From an uncultured Rhodospirillales bacterium (lineage in GTDB: Bacteria; Pseudomonadota; Alphaproteobacteria; JAWKYA01), in assembly GCA_964397465.1 (NCBI GenBank), contig CAYNIC010000007.1:16474-80473 (forward strand): 64,000 nucleotides of DNA, given 5' to 3'. Below, piece after piece: positions 31,052 to 41,332 of this stretch. The notes under the pieces were generated by a model. The model was not told the origin of the DNA. It saw only the letters and a program-made list of their open reading frames with translations, and ran no database searches. The position numbers and the translations under genes were made by a program. The number at the start of each line of letters is the position of its first letter. Position 1 is the stretch's first letter.

Positions 31052-34000
31052 TCATTCCGCAGCCTGCGGTCGAATGATCTTGGTTCCCGACTCCTCGAGG
31101 TCGTAGGCCTTCAGGGTATCGCTAATATAGTTTGATGTGCGCGTGCGACGCGAGACCAAGCTATAAATAACGGGCACTAAAATCAGCGAAAGAAGGGTGG
31201 CAAAGCTGACGCCGCCGGCAATCACAACGCCGATGGCTTCCCGGCTTTTTGCGCCAGCGCCCGTGGCTAAAGCTAGGGGCAAGGCACCGCAGACTGTGGC
31301 GATGCTGGTCATCAAAATGGGTCGCAAGCGGGCCACGGAGGCTTCGATAACCGCTTCATGCAAAGATTTGCCGTCTTCGCGCAGTTGGTTGGCAAACTCT
31401 ACTATCAAGATGGCGTTTTTAGCCACAAGTCCAATCAACATAATCATCCCGATCTGGGTATAAATATTGATAGTCAGCCCTGTAAGCCAAAGCGATCCAA
31501 GGGCGCCAAATAAAGCGAGGGGCACCGTCAAGAGGATGGTGAAGGGATGGACAAAGCTTTCGAACTGGGCGGCGAGGACCAGAAACACAACCAGCAAAGC
31601 CAATGCGAAGGTTACATAGAGAGTGCTGCCCGATTCATAAAACTCGCGGCTGGCGCCGTCGTAAGCTAGGAGAGCTTGAGGTGGAAGAACTTCGGACGCG
31701 ACGTTTTTTATCTTAGTTAAGACATCCCCTAAGGTGGCTCCAGGTCCAACCGTACCGCTTAGGGTGATGGAACGTAACCGATCAAAGCGGTTGAGCTGGG
31801 AAGGTCCGGCCGCCTCTGCAAGGTGAACAATGCTGGATAAGGGGATAAGGGTTTTGCTGTTTGTCGAGCGGACAAAAATATTAGATAGATCGGCAGCGCT
31901 TACTCGGTCTTCGGGGCGTGCTTGAAGAACAACATCATACTCATCACCGCGATCTTCGTAGCGGGTGACAACGCGACCACCCAGCATGGTTTCAAGAGTT
32001 TGGCCAACATCAGAGATTGATAAACCTAAATCTGCGGCGCGGTTTCTATCAATGGAAACCCGAAGTTCTGGCTTGGTTTCCTCGTAATCGGCGCGAAGAT
32101 TCTGTATTGACGGATCGCCGCGCAATGCGGTTAAAAGTCGATCACGCCACGCCGCGAGTTCTTCATAAGTACTGCCCCGCAGAACTACTTGAACCGGTGT
32201 CGATAAGCCACGTACGCCAAGTCCGCTGGGGTTGGTTCCAAATGCACGGACACCAGGCACATTCTTCAGCTTATCGCTAATTTCTTGGGTGATTGCCTGT
32301 TGGGGACGGTTACGTTCTTCCCAAGGGGCGAGGCGCAGGATATAGGTTGCGCGATTAACACCACCTGCGCCACCAAAGCTGGGCGCCAGAATGCTAATGA
32401 CCTTATCGGCTTCACCGCTATCAAGGTATGGCTTTAGGATGGCGTCGATTTTTTCCATCTCGCCGCGGGTGTAGCCAATGCTTGCACCCTCAGGCCCCGT
32501 CGCAGAAATAATCGTGGTGCCGCGATCTTCAGAGGGCTCAAGCTCCTTAGGCAGAGCGGCAAAAAGAGCAAAACAGCCTGCGAATAAACCAACGGCGCAT
32601 AAAATCACTACAGGCCGAGCCGATAGAGCATGCTCTAGGATGCGACGATAACCCGTGTTAAGCCCATGGAATATGGGTTCTGTTTTGCGTACCAGCCAGC
32701 TTTCTTCACGGGCCGGTTTAAGAACTTTTGAACAGAGCATGGGTGTTAACGTAAGGGCCACGACCATCGAAAAGAGAACGGCGGAGGCCATGGCGATACC
32801 AAACTCACTGAACAGTCGACCAACATTTCCTGATAGAAACGAAATTGGCAAAAAGACAGCAATAAGCACGGCTGTTGTCGCTAATACGGCGAATCCGATC
32901 TGCCGTGCGCCTCTAAAGGAAGCCACCAGAGGTGGCTCTCCTTCTTCAATTCGTCGCGAAATATTCTCAAGAACAATGATAGCATCATCAACGACGAGGC
33001 CAATAGCAAGTACCAAGGCCAGAAGAGTCAAAACGTTAATGGAGAAACCGAAGGCAGCCAAAGCGGTCATCGAGCCGATGATCGAAACGGGTATCGCCGC
33101 CATCGGAATTAGAGTTGCACGGATATTTCGCAGAAAGATGAACACAACGGCAAGAACAAGTATCATCGCGACGATAAGCGCATGATACACCTCGTCGATT
33201 GACTTGGAAATAAACACGCTTTCATCATAAGTGACTTCGATATTGACCCCTTGGGGAAGAATGGAGGTAATTTCCGGTAGGGCGTTTTTCACGCCCGTGC
33301 CAACATCAAGCGTGTTCGCCTTGGCTTGTTTTGAGACGGTAATGCCGACGACTGCGTTGCCATTAAGACGAAACTCTCCACGATCATCGCGCGGACCAAT
33401 TTCGACCCGGGCGATTTCCCCTAAACGCACAAGGTAATTTTCACCCTGGGCGACGATGAGGTTGGAAAATTGTTGTACATTCTTAAGCCGGGTATCGGCA
33501 CGAACTGTAAATTCACGTTGGGCTGACTCAAGACGGCCGGCAGGCAACTCTACGTTCTGACTACGCAAAGCGTTGCTGATATCATTAACGGTAATGCCGC
33601 GAGCCGCCATAGCCAAACGATCTAGCCAAATCCGCATAGAATATACGCGAGCGCCAGCAACAGACGCATTGGCGACACCAGGAATAATTGATAGACGATC
33701 AACAATGGAGCGATTGGCAAAATCCGTAAGTTCTAAAGCGTTTAAATTAGCGCTTGAAAGAGAAAGATAGATGATCGGCTGAGCATCGCTATCAACTTTG
33801 CTAACAACGGGGGCTGTAACGCCATCCGGTAGGTCGTCGGCAATCCGTGCAACACGATCGCGAACGTCATTAGCAGCGGTTTCAATGGGTCGGTTTAGAT
33901 TGAACTCAATACGAACGTTAGAGCGTCCTTCTTGGCTGGACGACCGAATAACCTTGATGCCTTCAATGCCGCTGACCGTGTCCTCGACCACTTGCGTGAT

Positions 34001-34186
34001 TTGGCTTTCAATAACCTGAGCCGAGGCGCCTTGGTAGGTCGTCGATACCGATACGATAGGCGGATCTACATCAGGCATTTCACGGACTGCGAGTTCCCTG
34101 TACGAGAAAATCCCGAAAATGACAATCAATAGGCTTAAGACGATTGCCGAAACCGGGCGACGAATGGCGAGATCAGATAAAACCAT
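31052..34186 (-). CDS. RND efflux transporter (AcrB/HAE1 family).
   Basis: 1044 aa, 12 TM, two large periplasmic loops. Confidence 0.9.
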   Translation of the reverse strand: MVLSDLAIRRPVSAIVLSLLIVIFGIFSYRELAVREMPDVDPPIVSVSTTYQGASAQVIESQITQVVEDTVSGIEGIKVIRSSSQEGRSNVRIEFNLNRPIETAANDVRDRVARIADDLPDGVTAPVVSKVDSDAQPIIYLSLSSANLNALELTDFANRSIVDRLSIIPGVANASVAGARVYSMRIWLDRLAMAARGITVNDISNALRSQNVELPAGRLESAQREFTVRADTRLKNVQQFSNLIVAQGENYLVRLGEIARVEIGPRDDRGEFRLNGNAVVGITVSKQAKANTLDVGTGVKNALPEITSILPQGVNIEVTYDESVFISKSIDEVYHALIVAMILVLAVVFIFLRNIRATLIPMAAIPVSIIGSMTALAAFGFSINVLTLLALVLAIGLVVDDAIIVLENISRRIEEGEPPLVASFRGARQIGFAVLATTAVLIAVFLPISFLSGNVGRLFSEFGIAMASAVLFSMVVALTLTPMLCSKVLKPAREESWLVRKTEPIFHGLNTGYRRILEHALSARPVVILCAVGLFAGCFALFAALPKELEPSEDRGTTIISATGPEGASIGYTRGEMEKIDAILKPYLDSGEADKVISILAPSFGGAGGVNRATYILRLAPWEERNRPQQAITQEISDKLKNVPGVRAFGTNPSGLGVRGLSTPVQVVLRGSTYEELAAWRDRLLTALRGDPSIQNLRADYEETKPELRVSIDRNRAADLGLSISDVGQTLETMLGGRVVTRYEDRGDEYDVVLQARPEDRVSAADLSNIFVRSTNSKTLIPLSSIVHLAEAAGPSQLNRFDRLRSITLSGTVGPGATLGDVLTKIKNVASEVLPPQALLAYDGASREFYESGSTLYVTFALALLVVFLVLAAQFESFVHPFTILLTVPLALFGALGSLWLTGLTINIYTQIGMIMLIGLVAKNAILIVEFANQLREDGKSLHEAVIEASVARLRPILMTSIATVCGALPLALATGAGAKSREAIGVVIAGGVSFATLLSLILVPVIYSLVSRRTRTSNYISDTLKAYDLEESGTKIIRPQAAE

Positions 34187-34195
34187 GCCGGCCTC

Positions 34196-35335
34196 TCAAC
34201 TTGCCGGGGATTGTTTGGCTGGGCGGCTATTCCCAGCGTTACTTCCGCGAATCGAGACAGCCGATCCATCGCGAATAATCTGTGTTCCACGGACAACGAC
34301 AGTTTCTCCGGGGGAAATTCCTTTAAGAATCTCCGCCTTACCGATACTTCGCGAACCAAGAGTGACCTCTCTACGTTCAGCTTTATTATTGGCAACCACA
34401 AAAACGAACTGTTTTGTGCCTTGGGGAACCAGGGCTTCCTCAGAAATAAGAGTCGCGTTTTCGCGCGAGGCGATGACGGCCTCTACCTTCAAGAACATGC
34501 CTGGACGAATAGCGCCATCAGGGTTGGGAAGGGTCGCGCGTAAAACAATCGAGCGGGTTACCGGATCGATACGGGTGTCAATCGCGGTAACTTGCCCCTG
34601 AAAGCTGCGATCCGGAAAAGCGTCAGACTTCGCGACAATAGGCATGCCTATCTTAACAGCAGCCATGGTGGTCTCCGGTAAAGGAAAATCAATCTGCATG
34701 CTGGAGAGATCGTCCAGGGTCGCGATTAAGGTCCCTGATTGTACCACGGCACCCGGTGAGACCTTCCTGATCCCCATTTTACCGGTAAAAGGGGCATAGA
34801 TCTTCAAGTCACCCAAGCGTGCCTTTGCTCCAGCGGCAGCGGCTCGGGCTGAATCAAGCTGTGCTTTTAATTCGTCTACCCGTGCCGTGGCGATAGCATT
34901 GGTGTTAGAGAGGGCGGTCGCCCGCTGCAAAGCAAGCTCAGCATTACGCCGTACGGCTTCTGCGCCGGACAAGCTGGCGACGGCCTCCTCGCTCCGCATT
35001 GTCACGAGCAAGGTTCCGGCCTCAACTTGCTGGCCGTCCGTAAAATGAATGGCGTCAACGACTCCGGTTACCTTTGCGGTTATGCTGATGGCTTCATTTG
35101 CCCGTGCCGTGCCAACAGCCTCGGCCATATCTGTCATGGTACCAGTTTCCGCCTTGGCAACCTCGACCAAGGCAGGGGGAGCTTCACGAGTAGCGGCAGG
35201 TGTGGCGCGCTTTGCCGTCGCCCAAAAGGCCGTGTAACCCCAATAACCCAGGCCAAGGACGATAACGCCACAAATAGCGGGAACGACCCAGCGGCGCCGT
35301 TGTGGTGAGTCATCTTTTGAATGTGAAGCGGTCAT
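34196..35335 (-). CDS. RND efflux membrane fusion protein (HlyD/AcrA family).
   Basis: 379 aa with an N-terminal TM anchor, coiled-coil, lipoyl and beta-barrel domains. Confidence 0.85.
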   Translation of the reverse strand: MTASHSKDDSPQRRRWVVPAICGVIVLGLGYWGYTAFWATAKRATPAATREAPPALVEVAKAETGTMTDMAEAVGTARANEAISITAKVTGVVDAIHFTDGQQVEAGTLLVTMRSEEAVASLSGAEAVRRNAELALQRATALSNTNAIATARVDELKAQLDSARAAAAGAKARLGDLKIYAPFTGKMGIRKVSPGAVVQSGTLIATLDDLSSMQIDFPLPETTMAAVKIGMPIVAKSDAFPDRSFQGQVTAIDTRIDPVTRSIVLRATLPNPDGAIRPGMFLKVEAVIASRENATLISEEALVPQGTKQFVFVVANNKAERREVTLGSRSIGKAEILKGISPGETVVVRGTQIIRDGSAVSIRGSNAGNSRPAKQSPAS

Positions 35336-35376
35336 GAAAGAGGCCTGTCAGTTGGGCGCAGCAACGCGAAGTGGGT

Positions 35377-35389
35377 GCCTAATTTAGGC
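35377..35389. promoter_or_regulatory. Palindrome about 45 bp upstream of the RND operon start; candidate operator.
   Basis: GCCTAA-T-TTAGGC is a perfect 13 bp palindrome with no flanking T-run, so not a terminator. Confidence 0.25.
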
Positions 35390-35490
35390 TAAGCTGTTCA
35401 ATTAGATAAGAAATTTCATGTTAATCACACCATATTGTGAAGAACAAGAGCTGCATCATAGCGCGAAACGCTGAATTAGACCTGAATAAC

Positions 35491-36294
35491 CTAAATTGTT
35501 GAAAGAATTCCGAGCATTAAAGTGCCCACGACAAGGCGGTACCAGCCAAAGGGAGCAAGGCCGTAACGGGCAATAAACTGTAAAACTGTTCTGACAACCA
35601 GCAGAGCAGAAAGAAAAGCGGCAATGAATCCGATTCCTATGATCAATAGGTCTTCGTTTAATAATAGATGCCGCGCCTTATAAAGATCGAGTGTTGTTGC
35701 GCCGAGCATCGTTGGAATGGCTAAGAAAAACGAAAATTCCATAGCGGCTTTTTGCTCCACGCCCAATGCGCGGGCGCCGACGATTGTCGCTCCGGATCGC
35801 GAGACACCCGGGATCATTGCGATGGCCTGGCAAAAGCCAATTTTGAGAGCAAGGGACCAGCCGCCTTCACTGACCTCGACATATCGCGGTGCAGGCAAGA
35901 GCCGTTCAACTATCAGGATAATGAGTCCACCAACAATGAGACTGACCGCAACGATATAAGGGTTAAAAAGATAGCTCTTGATGAAATCATGAGCCAGTAA
36001 GCCGATAACTGCCGCAGGCAAAAAGCCCAATAAAATCGCTCGAACAAACCTTTGAGCTTTGCGGTCGACAGGGATGTGAACCGTGACATCTAGCAATCGT
36101 TGAAAATAAACCCAACATACGGCGAGGATGGCTCCTAATTGAATGGCTACCTCAAAAACTTTTCCCGGTGGTCCTCGAAACTTGAGGATATCGACAAAAA
36201 AGATCAGATGGCCTGTCGAGGAGACAGGAATAAACTCGGTTAATCCTTCAACAATGCCTAAGAAGATTGCCTGCCAGAGAGCCTCAATCGTCAT
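35491..36294 (-). CDS. uppP: Undecaprenyl-diphosphate phosphatase.
   Basis: MTIEALWQAIFLGIVEGLTEFIPVSSTGH is the BacA/UppP signature. The start lies 1 nt after the corA stop. Confidence 0.85.
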   Translation of the reverse strand: MTIEALWQAIFLGIVEGLTEFIPVSSTGHLIFFVDILKFRGPPGKVFEVAIQLGAILAVCWVYFQRLLDVTVHIPVDRKAQRFVRAILLGFLPAAVIGLLAHDFIKSYLFNPYIVAVSLIVGGLIILIVERLLPAPRYVEVSEGGWSLALKIGFCQAIAMIPGVSRSGATIVGARALGVEQKAAMEFSFFLAIPTMLGATTLDLYKARHLLLNEDLLIIGIGFIAAFLSALLVVRTVLQFIARYGLAPFGWYRLVVGTLMLGILSTI

Positions 36295-36295
36295 G

Positions 36296-37291
36296 CTATA
36301 GCCAACCCCTTCGCCTGAAATAAAGGAACGGCACAATTGCCGAGAGAACCATAAGACCAAGCGCAAGAGGGTAACCAAAAACCCAAGATAGCTCGGGCAT
36401 GTAATGGAAATTCATGCCGTAAACGCTTGCCACGAGAGTGGGCGGCAAAAAGATAACCGCAGCAACAGAAAATATTTTGATGATGCGATTCTGCTCGATG
36501 CTGATCATGCCCAGTGTGGCATCAAGCAGAAAATTCACCTTATGTGATTCGAATGATGAATGTTCGTTTAGAGAGATAATATCGCTGCGGAGACTTTTTA
36601 AGCGTGCGCGAAGTTCCTTTAAATTATTTTTGGCATTAGCTTCATATTCAGGCGTAATAAACCGGATTAAGCGCGTTAAGCTTAACAGGCTTTCGCGGAT
36701 AGTGGATGTTAGATCCTCAATGCGGCCCAGGCTTTTTAAAATCGTCTGCAAATCACGCCTTTCCCCGACACGCCGCCGTTCAGTTGTAGGGCGCGTATCA
36801 AATATTTGTTGGGAAAGAGCGTCTAGATCGACGCCGATCCGCTCTAAGATGTCGGCGAGGCGGTCAATAAATGCCTCAAGGATACCAACCAACACTTCTC
36901 TTGCTGTTGGATAGGAAGACGATTGCTTAACGAGGCGAGCAGCAAAAGAAGATATGGGCCGAGGATCGCTGTGGCGCAAGGTAATCAAGCCTTCAGGGCA
37001 AAAGATAAAAGCCAAGGACTCAGCGGTGGGATTTGGTCCATCCGCGTTCGCCAAGACTGTCGCCGTCATACGAAAAATGGAACCTTCGGTATAGAACCGG
37101 CTTGAAGACTCGATTTCCTGCATGGCTTCGCGTGTCGGCAGAGACAGCTCAAGCGCTTTCTCGACGGTTTCTTTCTCATGATCGGTTGGATTAAGTAAAT
37201 CAATCCAAAGAGCAGGAAGAGGGAGCTTCATGCCAGGGAGAAGGGCTAAGCGCTCGATGATTTCGCCGCGACGCAGATAGACATTGATCAT
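36296..37291 (-). CDS. corA: Mg2+/Co2+ transporter CorA.
   Basis: GMN motif (YGMNF) and two C-terminal TM segments. The ATG at 37291 has GAGG 6 nt upstream; the longer ORF to 37348 uses GTG with no SD. Confidence 0.85.
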   Translation of the reverse strand: MINVYLRRGEIIERLALLPGMKLPLPALWIDLLNPTDHEKETVEKALELSLPTREAMQEIESSSRFYTEGSIFRMTATVLANADGPNPTAESLAFIFCPEGLITLRHSDPRPISSFAARLVKQSSSYPTAREVLVGILEAFIDRLADILERIGVDLDALSQQIFDTRPTTERRRVGERRDLQTILKSLGRIEDLTSTIRESLLSLTRLIRFITPEYEANAKNNLKELRARLKSLRSDIISLNEHSSFESHKVNFLLDATLGMISIEQNRIIKIFSVAAVIFLPPTLVASVYGMNFHYMPELSWVFGYPLALGLMVLSAIVPFLYFRRRGWL

Positions 37292-37497
37292 GGCCGCCTC
37301 GTCAGTAGAAGATCGCATTAACGTGGGTGAGTTTGTAAGCCTAACCACCCACGCCTGTCATCTAATTGCTGGCGTAGGTAACGGGCAAAAAGGCAAAATC
37401 TGCTCTAAACCAGGTTATTCTTCGTCTGAACAGGCTTTCCAATATGTGATTAACCCGCTAAAACCCTAGTGTTGGGGAACATAAGGGGGCATGAGTT

Positions 37498-38670
37498 ATG
37501 AAGGGGCTTCGTTTTACGCTTGGGGTGCTGGCGGGGACATTTCTAGCGTTGCCGGGTATGGCAGCCGATCCGCTAAAAATCGGATTTATCACGACTCTGT
37601 CGGGTCCTGCAGGATATTTGGGTGAAGACGCTCGTGATGGCTTTCAATTAGCGATTGCGCTTGAGGGAGGGAAATTAGGCGGGACACCCATTCAGTTGTT
37701 GATCGAAGATGATCAATTAAAGCCAGCGACAGGCAAGCAACTGGCGGATAAATTCATAAAATCCGATAAGGCAAAGATCATTTCCGGGATTATCTTCTCT
37801 AATGTTGCCGTGGCGGCCGTGCCCAGTATTTTGGAATCGGGGGCGTTTTTTATATCGCCTAATGCGGCACCTTCCGAGTTTGCGGGTCAGGGATGCAACA
37901 AAAACTACTTTGTTGTTTCATGGCAGAACGACAACCTGCATGAAAGTGCGGGGAAGGCGGCCGGCGATCTTGGGTATAAAAAAATGGCCATTCTGGCGCC
38001 CAATTACCAAGCAGGAAAAGATGCGTTGGCAGGGTTTCGCCGCTATTACAAGGGCGAGATCGTTTCCGAAATATATACCAAGCTAGATCAAACGGATTTT
38101 GCTCCGGAGATCGCGCAGATCCGCGCGGCAAAGCCGGATGCGGTTTTTCATTTTCATCCCGGCGGCTTGGGTATTGCGTTTACAAAGCAGTATATCCAGG
38201 CGGGTCTTATGAAAGAGATACCCTTGGTCGCGCCCATGCCGTCCATGGAAAACCGGATTATGACAGCTATTGGTGACGCCTCTATCGGCATTCAAAGCAC
38301 CAGTCATTGGAATCAAGACTTTGCCAATGAAGCCAACAAGAAATTTATGGCAGAATTTCAAAAGAAATATAATCGTGTGCCAACAGAGTATGCGCAACAG
38401 GGTTATGATGCGGCGCTCTTGATTGCGAGCGCATTAAAGGCGGTCGGCGGCGATATCAGCAAAGAAGACAAGTTCCGGGAAGCCTTGCGAAAGGCTAATT
38501 TTCAGTCACCGCGGGGGGCGTTCAAGTTTGCGTCAAACCAGCATCCCATTCAGGACTGGTACGCACGGATTGTTGAAAAAGGTGCAGATGGAAAGCTGAT
38601 GATGAAAACCTTGCGCAAAGTGTTTGAAGGTCATGTCGATGCCTATGCTGCCGAATGCAAAATGAAATAG
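37498..38670 (+). CDS. ABC transporter periplasmic substrate-binding protein (Leu/Ile/Val-binding, type I PBP family).
   Basis: 390 aa with signal peptide and LivK-like fold. Substrate unknown. Confidence 0.8.
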   Translation: MKGLRFTLGVLAGTFLALPGMAADPLKIGFITTLSGPAGYLGEDARDGFQLAIALEGGKLGGTPIQLLIEDDQLKPATGKQLADKFIKSDKAKIISGIIFSNVAVAAVPSILESGAFFISPNAAPSEFAGQGCNKNYFVVSWQNDNLHESAGKAAGDLGYKKMAILAPNYQAGKDALAGFRRYYKGEIVSEIYTKLDQTDFAPEIAQIRAAKPDAVFHFHPGGLGIAFTKQYIQAGLMKEIPLVAPMPSMENRIMTAIGDASIGIQSTSHWNQDFANEANKKFMAEFQKKYNRVPTEYAQQGYDAALLIASALKAVGGDISKEDKFREALRKANFQSPRGAFKFASNQHPIQDWYARIVEKGADGKLMMKTLRKVFEGHVDAYAAECKMK

Positions 38671-38711
38671 GAGAGAAAGATTTCCTCAAAGGACATTTCT
38701 TATAGGCAGTC

Positions 38712-39626
38712 ATGACGCTATTTCTTGAGCAGGTACTGAACGGTTTGCAGTTTGGGATCATGCTCTTTCTCCTTTCCGCGGGACTTACGCTTATTTTCGG
38801 CATTATGGGTTTGATAAATCTTGCCCATGGCTCGCTTTACATGCTGGGAGCGTATGTTGCGGCGTTAGTTGCCGAGCGCACAGGCTCCTTTCTTGCTGCA
38901 GCAACGGTTGCTTTGCTCGCAACAGGTGTGATCGGCATTGTGATCGAGTCTCTGATAATGCGCCGATTATACCTGCGCGAGCACCTTGATCAGGTCTTGG
39001 CGACCTTTGGATTGATTCTGTTTTTTAATGAAGCTGTGTCCTGGATTTTTGGTCGCCAACCCCGATTTATGGATATACCAGAGTTTCTTTCTGGTACCAT
39101 TAACATGGCTTCGGCTTTTCCTTATCCGCTTTATCGTTTGGTGGTGATAGGCGTCGGTCTTTTGGTTGCGGGTCTACTGTATATCCTTATCCAGCGCACC
39201 CGGTTAGGTATGCAGATCCGCGCAGGAGCAACCCATCGAGAGACTATTGCCGCTCTCGGGGTGAACATTCGGCGACTTTATACGTTGGTATTTGGACTGG
39301 GAGCCTTATTAGCCGGGCTCGCCGGCGTGATGGCAGGGCCTATTCTGTCGGTTCAACCGGGAATGGGGGAGCATATTTTAATTCAGACTTTTGTGGTCGT
39401 GGTGGTTGGCGGCTTGGGGTCTTTGCGTGGGGCATTTGTCGGAGCTTTGCTGGTTGGTATGACGGATACTCTGGCGCGGGCTTATTTGCCGATGCTTCTT
39501 AAGCAGATTACCGATGCGGCAACGGCGAGTGGTATGGGGGCAGGCCTCGCTTCCACAGCTGTGTATATTTTAATGGCAATCATACTGATTTGGCGACCGC
39601 GCGGCCTTTTTCCAGCCCATGCATAA
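38712..39626 (+). CDS. livH: Branched-chain-amino-acid-type ABC permease (LivH family).
   Basis: 304 aa LivH-like permease. Confidence 0.8.
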   Translation: MTLFLEQVLNGLQFGIMLFLLSAGLTLIFGIMGLINLAHGSLYMLGAYVAALVAERTGSFLAAATVALLATGVIGIVIESLIMRRLYLREHLDQVLATFGLILFFNEAVSWIFGRQPRFMDIPEFLSGTINMASAFPYPLYRLVVIGVGLLVAGLLYILIQRTRLGMQIRAGATHRETIAALGVNIRRLYTLVFGLGALLAGLAGVMAGPILSVQPGMGEHILIQTFVVVVVGGLGSLRGAFVGALLVGMTDTLARAYLPMLLKQITDAATASGMGAGLASTAVYILMAIILIWRPRGLFPAHA

Positions 39627-40584
39627 GCGTCATTCTCTTGCGATCGTTATATTGTTCACTCTATTTGCCGTGTTGCCCGGTGTGGCGGCGCTCACGGATC
39701 AACCTTATCTTCTGATCATTGGCACGAAGATTCTTATCGCTGCGTTGGCGGCGGTAAGTTTGGATTTGATCTTAGGTTATGGCGGCATGATTAGCTTCAG
39801 TCATGCGGCTTTTCTTGGAGTTGGCGCTTATGTTGCAGGGATTTTAAGTTTCCACGCATCGAGCTTAGCCACAGGTGTCTGGTTTGATGGTCGAGAGGCG
39901 TTCATTGTGTGGCCTATCGCTATTTTATCCTCTGCGGCAATCGCTCTCATTATCGGTGCTCTGTCTTTGAGGACAAGCGGAGTTCATTTTATTATGATAA
40001 CTCTTGCTTTTGCGCAGATGCTTTATTTCGTTTCGATCTCTCTTGAGCCTTATGGCGGTGATGACGGCCTAAGTCTTGTTGGACGAAATCGTCTTGCCGG
40101 ATTCAGCCTAAGCGATGATACGGTTTTTTATTATGTTTGTTTGGCTCTTTTAGGAGCGTTCTTCTGGCTATGTCAAAACATTGTCTCCTCTCGATTTGGG
40201 TATGCAATTCGCGGCATTAAGCAAAATCCCTTGCGGATGAAGACGATCGGCTTTCCGATCTATCGATACCAACTAGTCTGCTTTGCCCTGGCGGGGGCAG
40301 GCGCCGGACTTGCCGGCGCTCTTGCGGCAAATCAAAGTGAGTTTGTAAGCCCTGAGCTGCTGCACTGGAGTAAATCTGGCGAAATCATGATTATGGTGAT
40401 TTTAGGCGGTATGGGAACATTGCTGGGCCCCGTGTTGGGCAGTATTGTTTTGATTGGCCTGGAAGAGGGACTGGCTTTACTGACGCCTCATTGGATGATT
40501 TTTCTGGGTATCATTCTTGTCGTCATAGTTCTGAGTCTTCGACGCGGCTTATATGGCCTGTTGATTCGAGGCCCCAATGGCTAA
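39619..40584 (+). CDS. livM: Branched-chain-amino-acid-type ABC permease (LivM family).
   Basis: 321 aa LivM-like permease. Confidence 0.8.
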   Translation: MHKRHSLAIVILFTLFAVLPGVAALTDQPYLLIIGTKILIAALAAVSLDLILGYGGMISFSHAAFLGVGAYVAGILSFHASSLATGVWFDGREAFIVWPIAILSSAAIALIIGALSLRTSGVHFIMITLAFAQMLYFVSISLEPYGGDDGLSLVGRNRLAGFSLSDDTVFYYVCLALLGAFFWLCQNIVSSRFGYAIRGIKQNPLRMKTIGFPIYRYQLVCFALAGAGAGLAGALAANQSEFVSPELLHWSKSGEIMIMVILGGMGTLLGPVLGSIVLIGLEEGLALLTPHWMIFLGIILVVIVLSLRRGLYGLLIRGPNG

Positions 40585-41332
40585 CAGCATGTCTGTTTTA
40601 GAGATCGATAGAATAACCAAGAATTTTGGCGCGGTTAGGGCCGCTGATGATCTGTCGCTGCATCTTGCCCCTGGCGAGTGCCACGCCATAATTGGCCCAA
40701 ATGGAGCCGGAAAGACCAGCTTGATTGCGCAAGTCTCTGGAGTTTTAACGCCTGACTCGGGACGAATTTCTTTTTTTGGCCGAAACATCACAACATGGCC
40801 GATATGGCGTCGTAGCCAGGCCGGGATTGCACGATCGTTTCAAGTTGCTTCAATATTTCCTGAATTTATGGTTATTGAGAATGTTGCGCTAAGCATCCAG
40901 GCTCATAAGAGTCATAGTTTTTATTTTTTTCGCAGGTCTCGCGAAGAAGAACAACTTCGTGCCGCTGCAGAGTTAATTATTTCTCAAGTTGGTCTTGGCG
41001 CCAAGGCCAACGTCCTGGCGGTTAATCTTTCTCATGGAGAACAGAGACAATTAGAGTTAGCCATGACCCTCGCGAGTTCACCATCTTTGCTGTTATTGGA
41101 TGAACCTATGGCCGGTATGGGCAGCATTGATTCCCAGCGGATGATCAATTTGCTGCAGGAACTAAAGGGAACGGTGACGATCCTTTTGGTTGAGCATGAT
41201 ATGGACGCCGTCTTCGCCCTTGCTGATCGCATCACGGTTATGGTTTACGGTAAGATAATTGCTTCTGGTGCACCTGAAGACATCAAAAATAATGCCGATG
41301 TGCGGATAGCCTATCTCGGACAGACAGTGTAA
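40577..41332 (+). CDS. livG: ABC ATP-binding protein (LivG family).
   Basis: Walker A GPNGAGKT, LSHGEQRQLE signature, Walker B. Confidence 0.85.
   Translation: MANSMSVLEIDRITKNFGAVRAADDLSLHLAPGECHAIIGPNGAGKTSLIAQVSGVLTPDSGRISFFGRNITTWPIWRRSQAGIARSFQVASIFPEFMVIENVALSIQAHKSHSFYFFRRSREEEQLRAAAELIISQVGLGAKANVLAVNLSHGEQRQLELAMTLASSPSLLLLDEPMAGMGSIDSQRMINLLQELKGTVTILLVEHDMDAVFALADRITVMVYGKIIASGAPEDIKNNADVRIAYLGQTV

Noticed and set aside
31056-31068. Palindrome CCGCAGCCTGCGG between the convergent dctP and RND genes, as a terminator.
   Set aside because: It lies inside the last codons of the RND transporter ORF and has no U-tract, so it is probably coincidental coding sequence.
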